DNA from: Macrostomum lignano
Taxonomy: Eukaryota
Reading direction: 5' to 3'
Assembly: GCA_002269645.1 (NCBI GenBank)
Contig: NIVC01000980.1
Span: 248,001 to 312,000 of the forward strand
Length of the DNA stretch: 64,000 nt
The notes beneath the pieces are model-generated. The model ran no database searches. It had not been told where the DNA came from and saw nothing but the letters and a program-made list of their open reading frames with translations. Shown here piece after piece: positions 34,886 through 47,435 of this stretch. The stretch's first letter is position 1; each line of letters opens with the position of its first letter. The position numbers and the translations under genes are program-made.

Positions 34886-35363
34886 ATCCAACGCCTTTGA
34901 TAACTACTTCGAGTACTAGCTAAGTTTGTAAATGTAGATACTAGTAAATGTCTGCTGTCCGTCGACGGTTGCCAAATGAATCATTTTAAAGCATTTTATG
35001 AGCCATCTTTTACCAGCAGATTGACTGTTGACGCACTCTGCCATTTTGACTGGTGACGCATTCCAGTTGAAAAATATATTGAAGTCCTTAAGCCAGATAA
35101 TTGTGAGTCCAAAGGTCCTGGCTCTGCTTGTACTTTTGACTTGACTTACTTGACTTAGCTGCAGGGGGCGTCCGGCGGATGCAGCGAGGAGGCGGAGGAG
35201 ACCGCCCATTCCGCTAGCCCCTGGCGACCAACGACTTCCGTTGAAGTGGTGTCGCTCAGGGGGACCCGTCGGTCTCGCCTGCAGCGCGGTCCTCCTCACC
35301 GACGGTGGGGAAGAAATCAGCTCGTCCGGTGTCCCTGAGGTACCGGGCGAGCAGCGGGATGCT

Positions 35364-38300
35364 CTAGGGCCTGCAAACGTCGGAGAGAACCGGGTTTGGC
35401 CCGAGGTGAGTAAGCCTGGCCCTGGTGAAAACCGGGCAGTGGCAGATAAAATGCTCGGCGTTTTCACTGCCTGAGCGGCAGAAGGGGCACCGCTCCTCGG
35501 GTACTTGGCCCTGAAGGAAGCGGTGGCGAGAGAAGCAGCCATGCCCGGAGAGGGCCATGCTAACTGCTCTGAGGTCTCTGCGGTTGAGCCTGAGGAGGGC
35601 TCTACGCAGGAGAGGGGAGGGGCAGGGGACGGCAGCACGGGATTGCCTACAATTCCGGGTGTCGTGCCACCTGCGGAGATGCTCGGAGTCAGCCCAGCGC
35701 TTAACGCGGGAATTGATCACCGAGGCGGGGATGGGGGCACCCGGGCCCGGCCCCAATAGCGCGCCGGCGGAGCCAGCCTTGGCCAGCAGGTCAGCGCGCT
35801 CGTTGCCGAGGAAGCCGGCGTGGCCCGGGATCCATCTGAGCTCCACCTGGTTGCCTAGCGCAAGCCCGTTGAGCTGGGTGTTGCAGTCCAGGACGGACCT
35901 GGAGCTGGCGGTGCTGCGGCAGAGGGCCCGAAGGGCTGCTTGGCTGTCAGAGTGAAAAATAAATTTCCGGCCGCTAAGCTGCCTTCGGCGCAGCTCTGCC
36001 GCGCAGGAGCTGATGGCAAGCACCTCGCTCTGAAAAACACTGGAGTTGAGCCCAGTGTGCTGGGAGTAGCTCCACACCACTTCTCCCTTGAAGAAGACGC
36101 AAGCTCCGAAGCCTGAAAGACCATGCCTCATAGAGCCGTCAGTGTAACAGTGGACTTCAGAGTCGCTCCAGCTGTCACTCGCCTCGTGTCGAGTCTGAAT
36201 GGTGACCTTATACCTTTGGCTCAGGAGAAGGGTGGCTGGGATCGAGTCCGTGAGGATGTTGAGCCCGCCACACTCCTCGAGAGCCTTGAGGCAGAGGTCA
36301 GAGTGCGGGATAAGCGACCGCTTCTTAAAGGCCCGCACTTTCTTGAAGGCCACCCCAGCATCCAGAAGACGCCGGGTGCTCTTCGCCGCCTCTCCTTTGA
36401 TATAAATATCCAAAGGAGGGGCACAGAGGAAGGCATTCATGCCTTCAAAAGGAGTAGAGGGTGGAGCGCCCATAGTCATGCGGCAGGCTCTGCCCTGGAT
36501 TTTGTAGAGAGCGTCGAGGTTGCTCTTGACGCTCAGGCCGCTAGCCCACACGAGGCTGGCGTAACTGATCGAGGGGCGGATGATGGCAGTGTAAATCCAC
36601 CACAGCTTCCTGGGGGTAAGCCCCCAGGTGGTGCCCACGGCGCGCCTGATCTGAGCCAGTACAGCCAGGGCTTTTTTGGCTTTAGTTTGAATGTGCGGAG
36701 TCCAGTTAAGCCTGTGGTCCAGAGTGAGGCCCAGGCAGCGGACCTGCTTCTCCATGGAAATATTCTTTCCATAGAGGGTGAGGGGCTTAATGGTCCAGAG
36801 CAGTTTGTTGGTAAACATGACTGCTGTGGTTTTCGACTCTGAGAGTCTAAGGCCACATTGGTCTGCCCAACGCTCCGCTCGTCCCAGAAAGCCCTGCAGA
36901 AGGTCTCTGATGGTATCAACCGAGGGGCCCGCGCATATCGCGGTCACATCATCGGCATAGCCCACCTTGAGAATGGGGTCGTGGAGATCACTGCAAAGCA
37001 ACTCATCCATGACCATGTTCCAGAGAACGGGGGTGAGAACGCCGCCCTGGGGGCCCCCTTTCAGGACAGGCACCGAAAGAGAGCTGCCGCTCAGGTGGGC
37101 CACAACAGTGCGGTTTCGGATCATGAACATGATCCACCGGACAAGGTGAGGGTGCGTGGCCCTGGATTCCAGGGCTCTGCAAAAGGCCTCGAAGATGACG
37201 TTGTCGAAGGCCCCCTCAATGTCCAGGAAAAGCGAGAGGGCAAAGCCGCTGCCAAGAACGGCCCTCTCCAGGAAGTCAACAATGACATGGAGAGCACTCT
37301 CGGTTGACCTGCCCGCGCGGAAGGCGTGCTGGTTCTGCGAGAGTGGGAAGCGCTTCAGCTCGACCGAAAGTAGGCGCCAAAGCACCAGTCTCTCGAGGAG
37401 CTTGAGGCAGAAAGAAGTGAGGCTGATAGGCCTGAAGGCCTTCACCGATTGGTAGTCGCTCTTTCCAGGCTTGGGGATAAAGACCACCCGGGCCTCTCTC
37501 CATGTAACTGGTACATAGCCCAGCTCCACACAAGCTCGAAGGAGACGACAGAGCAGGTCCAGGAAGCGGTGGTTTTTCACCGCCTCGTGCAAGAACGCTG
37601 GGTAGATGCCGTCGGGCCCAGGCGCCTTGAACGGGTTAAAGGACCTTGCCGCTCTAAAAATGCGGTCTTTGGTGATCATAGACTTTGCTAGGCCTTGCCC
37701 TCCCACTGTGTGGTCGGGCGGGCCCTGCTGAGTCGGAGATTTAGGGAAAAAACTGCTGAGCATGAGCTCTAGAGTCTCTTCCGAACTCTCTGTGACCGAG
37801 CCGTCAGGTCTCTTCACAACAGAGAGTTTAGAAAAACGGTCATTAGTGAGTGCCTTAACCACGCGGGCTACGGGGCGAGAGCCCTCAAGCCCTTCGCAAT
37901 ATTGGCGCCACTTGGCCGTCTTGGCCCTTCTGACTTGGCCCTTAAACTCGTGGATCGCACGGGTATAGGCCTCTCTGTCAGATGGGTCTTTGGTTTTGAG
38001 CGCTCGCCTTTGGAGGGTCCTGGCTCGGCGTCGAAGGGCCCCGAGCTCTGGGTTCCACCAGGGAGCAGATTTCTTGCCTTTATAGGCCTTTAGGGGGCAG
38101 GCTGCTTCAAAGGCAGTGGTGATCGCCCCGCCCAGGGAGGAGGCGAGATCGTCCACCACCTGGCAGTCAGAGAGGTCACTGGGGGGTCAAGATCCCGAAG
38201 GCCGCGGCTCAGCTTCGAGCCAAAGGCGGCCCAATCGGTGTTCCTGACGTTCCGACTCCAAGTGACCTTAGGCTTTTGCTTGGTCGGCCCAATGCAAAAG

Positions 38301-38959
38301 CGGATAAAGCGGTGGTCCGAGAGCGAGTCCTCGTCCCACACTCGCCAGCCCGTAACTGCGGAAAGCAGTCCGGGTGAGGCGATGGTGGTGTCGATGACTT
38401 CGGCCCACCGCCCATTATTGAACGTTGGTGCATTGCCCACGTTACAGAAGTTGAGGTTAGTGCTGCTGACATAGGCCAGCAGCTCCTCGCCTCTGCTATT
38501 GATGTTCTTGCTGCCCCAATGCAGGTGGTGTGCGTTCACATCCCCTGCAATGAGCAGCTCGAACCGATGGGACGCAGCATAGTCAGTAAGGTTGACTAAC
38601 GCGTCGCAGACAACTGGGGCATCGCTCGGGAAATAGGCAGAAGCTACCAGCACAGGTTTATTGGGAATGAGGTTATTGATTTGAACAACACAGATGTCCC
38701 CAGTCGAGAGATCAGGTCTCATCCATGCCTCAAAAGCTTTTGCAGCAAAGACCAGAGATCTTGGGCGAGGCTGAGAGCCCGCCATGCAAAAACAGTGGTA
38801 GCCAGATGGCACATTATTTGGCTTACCTTTAGTCATCCAGGGCTCCTGTACGAAGACCAGGCCCGGAAGCTGTTGCTCTGCCGTGCGCATCAGGTTGACC
38901 GACGCCGCCACGCAGTGCTGGGTGTTGATCTGCAGACACCAGGTAGTCGCTGGCATCAT
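35364..38959 (-). CDS. LINE ORF2: endonuclease, reverse transcriptase, RNase H and C-terminal CCHC; one frameshift near 38181-38186
   Basis: APE: LQINTQH, VQEPW, AGDVNAH, SDHR. RT: KAPGPDG, FLDIEGAFD, QGGVLTP, YADD. RNase H: YTDGS, QSEVLAI, SDSQ, GNERAD. CPFC..ENAEHFICHC. Adding one C to the C6 run joins the two ORFs as DPPSDLSDCQVVDDLA. Confidence 0.92.
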
Positions 38960-40336
38960 TGCAGATCGGATGTTGCAGCCGCCAGGAGTTCCTCCTCCTC
39001 CTCGGTGCTCACCGGCTTCGGGTCGGGGTCGCCGGTGTCCATGGGCTCTTCTTCAGCAAAAGGCCCCCGATTGGCCGGAAGGCAGTAGGCAGCGTTCGCC
39101 GCCCTTTGCCCACCATCCATGGGGTCCTCCGCCTCAGATTGGCCCAATGCCCTGGAGCAGCCAGCCGCCTGGGCAGGCGGGTCCGTCTCCAGTCGGCCCT
39201 GCCCCGAGGGGTTGGGCCCAGCTGGGACGTCCCCACCCTCCCTGGACGAACTGGTGCGCCTAGGCGTCCCGGCGACCTCTCGCCTCAGCTGGGAGATTTT
39301 GGCGGTGCGGACCGCCTCAGCTGCGCGCTGGTACAGGCCGCGCCGCTTGGTGCTGCGCGCCGGGCGTCGGTCGCCTCCGCCCTCAGCAGCGCGCTCAGCT
39401 TTGCCCGCGCGGCCGTGCTGCCGGGCAGGGCGGTTTGCTTTGGCAGTCTGAGCAGAGGCTTGCGCCTCGGCCCCGGCCGCCTCCGCATCCCGCCCGCCCT
39501 GCTCACTGCCACGGGGAGGGTCGGCCTCGTAGGAGCGGATGCGCAGCTTACAAAGGCCGACGTTGATGAAGCTGCCATGTGGATAACGCCTCATCCAGGC
39601 GTCCGACAGCCCCAGGATGGCTGTGAAGCCAGTGCCGTCGGTGCGCTTAAGGGTGTCATGCACCACTAGGCCCGCGGCGGGAAGCTCCCGGTTGACTGCT
39701 AGCAGTCCTTTCCGGAGCTCGTCAGCAGAGGTAACAACGCTCCTGGCCGGGACCCAGATTCGATGCCTCTTGGTCCGGGGGCGCTCGTCCTCTCTGCAGA
39801 AGGCTAGGTTGAGGTCCCAGCTCTGCTCGGGCAGCAGCTCAAGGAGCCGCCGACCCGAGTCAGCATCACTGGGCCAAATGAGAAGGCACGAGTCCCTCGT
39901 CGCATTCGAATGAATGTTCAGAGGCGTGCCCTTCAGAGTTTGCTTCCACAGGAGGCCATCAACGGCACTTCTCACCTGCTTCAGCTGATCGGGAGACAGG
40001 CGCGCGTCCTTTCCCAGGATGACAACCGCCGGTTGCCTCTTTGCCGCATCAGCGTAGGAGGCCCGGGGGTCAGTGGAGCTTTCTTCAGGTGGGCTGTCCA
40101 CCCTCCCGGCTGCATCGGCCTCCCTATCCTGGGCAGGGGCTTCCGTGGGCTCGAGGCCCTCTTCCGCCACCGCCCCAGACTGGGAAGCTTCCGCTGCCGC
40201 GGGCCGTTGGCCCCTGGCACCGGTTTGGCTTCCGCCCTCCTTGGCCCGCCTCGCCTTGCTACCATCGGGGACGCCTCGGCGAGACCCGTGGAGCCAACTC
40301 TGAGCGGTGCCTCCGAGAAGACACCTGCTACTCCAG
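38956..40336 (-). CDS. LINE ORF1, open to the element's 5' junction with no ATG in that stretch
   Basis: I read the frame of ORF 38956-40170 upstream to 40336 and found no stop and no ATG. The central domain resembles the DUF4780-type ORF1 of LOA elements (recalled, not searched); no zinc knuckle seen. Confidence 0.7.
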
Positions 40337-40704
40337 CTGCTTGTACTTTTATAATTAGGTACAAATTTTGTTGCTGCTTTGTGACCAAATCTAATCTGGG
40401 AGAGATAATATGTTATTATGAGTGATATAAAAAGGTAACGCTACCACATTGAGCGTCAATTGAGAGTGATCAGCACTCCTTTTATTATCTTCCGAAATGT
40501 GACCTTAAGGAATATTCAGAAGGCAAGTGTGTTCTGTCAGCCTAGAAGTGTTGGCTGACAGCAATTGCTATTCCAATTGTCTACAGTCATTGAAAAGTGT
40601 TCTGCGGCCCTGCAACCAACAAGTGCTTCTCAATTAAGTAACTGATGTAGCTTCTAAACCTTTAACAGGATTAAAGTTACTGAAGTCCCTAAGTTTTGTG
40701 TACG

Positions 40705-40994
40705 TATAGGTTTTTGCAGTCAGTTTGAACTTCAAGGAGCAGTTGACTTAATCCAACAGTAGGCGCTTAGGTTTCAAGGTGTACTGTTTTTTCTCCTATG
40801 AGTCCTATGCTCCATCTTATTCTTCCATTTGCATTCGTTTTACTGCATTGCTTTACGATAATTAAGAATGAAATTAAGATCAAAAAGGAGGAAGATAAGT
40901 GTCAGCGGCAGTTATCTTGAGTGTTAGCGTCCTGCCACTGGATTAAGTCAACTGCTCCTAAGCAGTTCTGTAAAACTGACTGCAAAAAGCTATA
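40705..40994. mobile_element. MITE-like element with ~65-bp imperfect inverted arms
   Basis: TATAGGTTTTTGCAGTCAGTTT...GGAGCAGTTGACTTAATCCA pairs with TGGATTAAGTCAACTGCTCC...AAACTGACTGCAAAAAGCTATA; TSD unclear. Confidence 0.55.
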
Positions 40995-42719
40995 GTATGT
41001 ACCTTAGTAATAGTTAGTACAGCAGCCCTCTATTCAGGCACAGAAAAGCTTGTCAAGTTGATGGCTTTTCCACCCACTTTGAGCCCTACGCGTTAAGCGT
41101 TTGGTTTAAAAATTCAAAAAAAGATCGAATTGCGTTTTTAACAAGCGTAAAGAAACTTATTTTCCTTACGGAAAATTGAACTGAAAACAGAAGTGGCAAC
41201 AAAATAACGGTGTATTTTTTAAGTTAGCATTTAATTGGGCTACCCTATAGTGCATAACAGCTATTGACCTGTTCAAAACTAATAACAGGTATTACGAGAT
41301 GTGAACACGTTGGCGGAATTATAGGGGTCAAGAACAACTTACCGCCAGACAATTCAATTGACGCCGAAACTAATACTACGAGTACTCTAACGCTAGCTTA
41401 AACCAAACTTAAACCCCATCCTAAACCCTAATTTCTAAACGTAAACCCAAATTTCTCGTAAACCCTAACCAAAACCACAAATCTAAAAATCTTCGGCAGT
41501 CAATTGTCATGCTCATAATTTTAGATGGTTCAATATAACAGTATTTACTACTCGTAGTAGAAGTTTTAATTTCCTAAGAAACTACAAAATGCAGCAGCTG
41601 ACCGCATGAGCTAGACACAGGGTAGATGCGCTTTAATTTGCAGGCCCACCAAACAGAGAGAGATTCGACGATTATGCAACTCGCTTATTAATTTAAATTA
41701 ATTATTAATAGATAGGCTGCTGATATTAAGCTGTCATTACTCACAAGATATCTTGCAAGTAAATCTGACTAAAACGCGTCACAGAGAGGCTGTATATTAA
41801 TAAAATAAAGAATTGTTTTAGCAATAAAAATGCGAATAAAAAACGTGCTGAACATGTTATAGAGGAGTTCGAACTTCAAGCTTTGAGTCCAATGCTCACG
41901 GTTTGTCAAAGCAGATGCTGTTGCACTTGAAACTAACAACAGACACGACCCAAACGAATGCATAAAAAAGTTGGGCAACCTTAAAAATACTTTTTATTAA
42001 AGCCGTTTTCAGTCAAACAAAATAAATATTCACTATGTTAAATAAAAAGTACTATTAGATGTCTGGGTTGCAGACGTTTAAATTGCATTCGGTGAATTTT
42101 TTTTCAATTTTTTTTTGTGTTTTTTTTTGTGTTCGAAAAACACAAAAATGATTTGGGGCGATTCCTAATCGATAGGTGGCCACTGTTTCATAAGCGCCTA
42201 ACAAATTGTTATTAATGTGCTAAAAATGAAAAGCATAACAAGAAATAACCATAATAAGCACCAATAACGGTACATGTACTATAGTTTTACTGCTTACACC
42301 AGGGAGCTGGAGCATCAGCAATGGTCCAACGTATCGGAAAGGACAAAAAACACAAAAATGCGCGAACGTGTTAAGAAAATGTTTGAATATTTGTGCGGTA
42401 AAATAAGTTGATCACTAATATTACAACGTCCAGTTTTTAAGCATTCAATTATTACTTTTTTACTATAATGTGACGTTAAGCGGATGCCCATCGACAGAAA
42501 TTTTGGTGTTTGCCTCCACAGTCCACAGAATGTAGGGAGTGTGTTTATCAGTCCACAAAATGTAATGAAAGGATGTTTATCAGGCCTCAGAATGTAGGGA
42601 GAGGGTGTTTATCAGTCATTAATCCTCAGTGCAGAAGTTCAAATAAAAGTAAGTATTCAGCCAGAAGAATTGCATGGCAGGAAGGTAAAACTTTGAAATC
42701 TCACTGAAGAGATTTACTT

Positions 42720-45220
42720 CTACTGATTGTCGACGTCGCCTTCGCCGCCGACAATGGCCGACGTCGATGACGGTCCGTCTAAGGCTTTGACCCGATCGAC
42801 AAGCTGCACTTGTTCCGTATCGATGGATCGCTGCTCTGACAGCAGCCGCATTCGGTGCCGCTTCTGCAGGCCGCCGCTGACGGCCAGCACGAGGCCGGTG
42901 AAGACAGGACTGGGCCGCATCGGCCTGCTCAGGTACTCCGGGTGGAATTGAACCCCGACAAAGTAAGGATGCTCGGCTAGCTCCAGGATTTCCATGCGCT
43001 CGCCGTCCCGGCCGGTGAAGCGCAGGCCCTGCTGTTCCAATTCGTCAACCATCTTAGGATTCACTTCGAAGCGATGCCGGTGCCGCTCCTCGACGTAGGG
43101 CGCGTTCTTGTACAGCCGGCGGACCGTGCTGACGCTCTGGTCCACCACGAATGTTGTCCTGCGCTTGCCGAGTCGCATTGTGCCGCCCATATCGCCCGGA
43201 TTAAATTCGGGCATGTCGATAACAACTGGGTGCTGGGTGTCCTTGGAGAATTCCGTGCTGTTGGCGTCTCGCCAGCCGAGCACGTTGCGGGCGAACTCGA
43301 TCACGGCGCACTGCATGCCCAGGCAGATGCCTGCGGCACAGCGGTGGGGAGGAGTTGGAATACTGGAGGGCGTGACCCCATCATTGACCTGGCTTGGGGG
43401 AGGGCGTGACCCCATCATTGACCTGGCTTGGGGGAGGGCGTGACCCCATCATTGACCTGGCTTGGGGAGAGCGTGACCCCATCATTGACCTGGCTTGGGG
43501 AGAGCGTGACCCCATCATTGACCTGGCTTGGGGAGGGCGTGACCCCATCATTGATCTGGCTTGGGGAGGGCGTGACCCCATCATTGACCTGGCTTGGGGA
43601 GGGCGTGACCCCATCATTGACTTGGCTTGGGGAGAGCGTGACCCCATCATTGACCTGGCTTGGGGAGGGCGTGACCCCATCATTGACCTGGCTTGGGGAG
43701 GGCGTGACCCCATCATTGATCTGGCTTGGGGAGGGCGTGACCCCATCATTGACCTGGCTTGGAGAGGGCGTGACCCCATCATTGATCTGGCTTGGAGAGG
43801 GCGTGACCCTATCAATGACTTGGCTTGGAGAGGGCGTGACCCTATCAATGACCTGGCTTGGGGAGGGCGTGACCCCGATATTGGCTTCGATTGGGGGAGG
43901 TCATCGTTACTCCTGACCGATCTGGGGTCAGGTTGGGGAGGTCATCACTCCATGAGAAATCTGGGTTGGCAACTGGACTGGAAGATAACTATGCATCTAG
44001 TCAGCTACCGATATGTAGCGTAGTTAATTAAAAAGAGCTACAGCACAGAGAACTAAAAAAGCCTCACCCAAGAACGGGCGGTGCATTTTGCGGCACCAAT
44101 CAATAGCGTTGATTTTGCCTTCAACTCCGCGATCGCCGAATCCGCCAGGCACAATAATGCCCTGAGCGGAGCACAGCCGCTGCCAGGCGTTGTGATAAGC
44201 CACCCGGCGCTCGCCGCCGACTCCCTGCTCAAGGTCCTCAGAGTTGATGTACTCAATGCGCAGGGTGAGGTTAGCGTCTAGGCAGGCGTGCTCCAGCGCT
44301 TTGGTAATGCTGGTGTAGGCGTCTGGGAATTTCACGTACTTGCCGACTATGCCGATGTGCACTTCGTCGAGGGCTTGGGCGTCGCTGCGAATGGATTGGT
44401 TAGGAAATCCTGGCATATTTGTAGGCAAGACTACTATTCATTAGTAGCATTATAGGGGTAAGGGAAACTTCTAATATTCTAGGGTAGGCTAGTAGGTTGT
44501 AGCCTAGTAGGGGGTTGTAGCCTAGTGGTTAGAGCGTCGGACTCACGACTTGAAGGTCGAGGGTTCGATTCCCGATTCCACTGGAACAATTTGTCCTTGA
44601 GCAAGACACTCAACTCTGCATTGGATCAGTTCACCCAGCTGTAAAATGGGTGCCAGCATTAGCTGGGGTAATTGAGGGTGTGTGGCTGGCGATCCCCCAG
44701 TCCTTGGACTGAACAGCCGTACGCAGCCTTCAGATGCGCCGGGCAATAGCTGCGGCTGAGCTGTCGGTTGCACATCTGCTCATTAGAGCAGAATGGTCCG
44801 AACTGGGGATATCAAATGATAAGAAATGATTTAAATGCAGCGCCTACCGCTTGGCCAGCTCATGCCAGTCGTCTAGAGACACGTGAGTCGGGGGGCCGCC
44901 GCAGTCCAACTGGAAGTGGCGCAGCAGGAAATGATGCACGCCCTGATCTTTCAGCATGATTGGCACCTTATATAGACTGTTGGCGTCCGGCACGTTGATG
45001 ACCTGGACAGGTGATGGCGGTATGGACAGCCATTGGCTATTATTTTGCTGACAATCATTGCACTGATGCATCTGGGAGTCCCTAATAACAGATATTCTCA
45101 ACTGATCAACTTATGACCCTTTATATGTATAAATCTATCTATCTAGCCATCTATCTATCTATCTATCTATCTATCTGTCTGTCTATCGATTACCTATCTA
45201 TCTGTCTGTCTATCGATTAC

Positions 45221-45314
<94 letters not shown>

Positions 45315-45343
45315 GTCTGTCTGTCTGTCTGTCTATCGATTAC

Positions 45344-45404
<61 letters not shown>

Positions 45405-45433
45405 ACCTATCTATCTATCTATCCATCTATCAC

Positions 45434-45470
<37 letters not shown>

Positions 45471-45499
45471 ACCTATATCTATCACCTATCTATCTATCC

Positions 45500-45534
<35 letters not shown>

Positions 45535-45563
45535 ACCTATATCTATCACCTATCTATCTATCC

Positions 45564-45605
<42 letters not shown>

Positions 45606-47135
45606 ATATCCCTACACCAACCTGCGCAGGCGCCACGTGACAGAACATGGCCAGCTTGTCGGCAGCCGACTGGTTGAGCGGAGTGGCGCAGCGACAGGCC
45701 AGCAGGTGCGGGCTGAGGCCAAGGGCGCGCAGCTCTCTAACGGACATCTGAGTGGGCTTGGTCTTCTGCTCGCCAGTGGTCCTGGGCTCGGGCACCAGCG
45801 ACACGTGGATGCAGGCAAACCGATTGACTCCGACGTTAAATTGAAATTGGCGAAAAGCTTCAACGAATGGCATCGACTCGATGTCGCCAATGACTCCGCC
45901 TAGTTCCACTATGCAGATCTGCGGTATCTGGTCGGAGCTGTCAACTGGCACGCGGGCGACTCGTTGCACCCACTCCTGAACAGCGTCTGTGATGTGCGGC
46001 ACCACCTGGTTGAAAGTTATATAGAAACAAATTTTAGATGATGGCTAGATTTGAAGTCATATTGCATTTGTAACTCTAGCTATATAGCTCTATAGCTATC
46101 ATCTCAATATGGTACAATTATATGCGAATGAAACAAGCATGTATTTTGTCCGACGTGCTCTCAAAAGTTTCATAAAACTCATACATGCGCAACACCCGGC
46201 CAAGCCGACAGAACCGGCCAGCTGGCGAGCTAATTTTTTAGAAAAAAAGATCATATTACCTGAACAGTCTTTCCAAGAAAATCGCCCCGCCGCTCCTTAT
46301 TGATAACTTGCTGATAGATCTTGCCAGTAGTGATATTGTTATCCCTGTGCAGGGTGACGTCTAAATATCGTTCGTAGTTGCCCAAATCCAGGTCCACCTC
46401 GGCGCCGTCGTCCAGTACGTATACCTCGCCTGCGAGGCGAATTATAAAATAAATTGAAAACTACATTCCAAATGTCTACTGTGAGTAAGCATATGAAGTT
46501 TTTTCTATTATTTATTTATTCATTGTCATTTGTCGGTCTGTTATTGAAATCCTTAGCTGGGTAGGTCAGCGCATTCACAGCCAGCGCTGCAAGTTAAGCG
46601 GCGTTGGCCGTGGTTAGTACGCAACTGAATAGTCTGCTTGCGTCACCATTGAATCAGAGAGTGGTGAATAAAGCTTGATTTATGGGTGTAAGATAAGTGT
46701 ACATGCCTGACGATTAGAAAGTCAGCGCCGCTGTGCACCCTGTGTGAGTGCGGGCCTGCGTAAAGGATTCACGCGCTCGTATGTGCTCAGGAGTCAGAGG
46801 AATGAGCAGAATCGCCTCAGCGCTGGTACGCTGTGAGACAATGTCGCCGAAGGCGTTGAGCCAGCATTCCCAACTTCCCACAGCCTTCCTGCTAATATTA
46901 ATGTTTGATATAATTACTTAGTAATAAATCCATACTAACCATGCTCATAGGGCGAAAATGTGCCAGCATCGATGTTGATATAAGGATCAATTTTAATTGA
47001 TGTCACTCGATAGCCGCAAGCTTTCAGTAGAGTGCCTAACGAAGATGAAATAATGCCTTTGCCAATGCCACTGATGACGCCTCCAGTCACCAGTATGTAC
47101 TTGATGTTGTCGCCCTGATCTACAGACGATGCCAT
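42720..47135 (-). CDS. CTPS: CTP synthase; exons 47135-46940, 46429-46260, 46005-45622, 45002-44848, 44384-44068, 43330-42720; 610 aa
   Basis: [55 protein letters not shown], glutaminase GICLGMQ and QFHPE. All junctions GT-AG and in phase (1833 nt). Confidence 0.97.
43360..43880. repeat. 34-bp minisatellite (GGAGGGCGTGACCCCATCATTGACCTGGCTTGGG) in CTPS intron 5
   Basis: About 15 copies starting roughly 30 bp from the acceptor at 43331. Confidence 0.95.
44511..44790 (+). mobile_element. tRNA-derived CORE-like SINE, copy 2 (CTPS intron 4, antisense to gene)
   Basis: GGGGTTGTAGCCTAGTGGTTAGAGCG...GGTTCGATTCC...TCCTTGAGCAAGACACT...CAGCTGTAAAATGGG; colinear with copy 1. Confidence 0.87.
45133..45605. 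repeat. (ATCT)n/(GTCT)n microsatellite in CTPS intron 3
   Basis: Tetramer runs; spurious ORF 45113-45640. Confidence 0.95.
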
Positions 47136-47435
47136 GCTTTTATTATGCCGAATGATACTTGCAAATATCTGAATAGCAGGCTTCAATTGTGTAAGGCCTA
47201 ATACACGCAGCAAATGACAAATTCAATGTATCATTATAGTTTTAGATAAAGGGCCTCGGTAGGTAAGGCATTTATGACATTTGTTTTCATACTTCATAAC
47301 TTGTAGGCCTAGCTAAGCATAGTGGTAATAAACAGATAGACTTATTTTAAGCCATATTTAAATTTATGCAGAGGAAACTTCTTACGTAACTTTTTTAAAG
47401 CCTTTGAAAACTTTTTAAGTCATTTAATTTGATTG

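Larger units (their letters stand above)
35138..40336 (-). mobile_element. Non-LTR retrotransposon of the LOA/R1 group (APE-RT-RNase H-zinc finger), 5199 bp, slightly 5'-truncated
   Basis: 14-bp TSD CTGCTTGTACTTTT at 35124-35137 and 40337-40350. 3' tail of AAGTC/AAGTA units. ORF1 and ORF2 overlap at 38956-38959. Confidence 0.93.

Noticed and set aside
35505-40425. Many + strand ORFs antisense to the LINE (likewise antisense ORFs over CTPS, GT31 and the zinc-finger gene)
   Set aside because: Expected shadow ORFs of GC-rich coding sequence with no recognisable motifs.
41355-41510. Telomere-like CCCTAA motifs between short inverted repeats (CAATTGACGCCGAA / TTCGGCAGTCAATTG)
   Set aside because: Too few and too degenerate for an interstitial telomere. 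It may be a Helentron-type relic, but ends could not be defined.
43360-43880. Regular 34-bp repeats as a CRISPR array (also the 43-bp and 46-bp arrays)
   Set aside because: Units are head-to-tail with no unique spacers, no cas genes, and a eukaryotic intron context.
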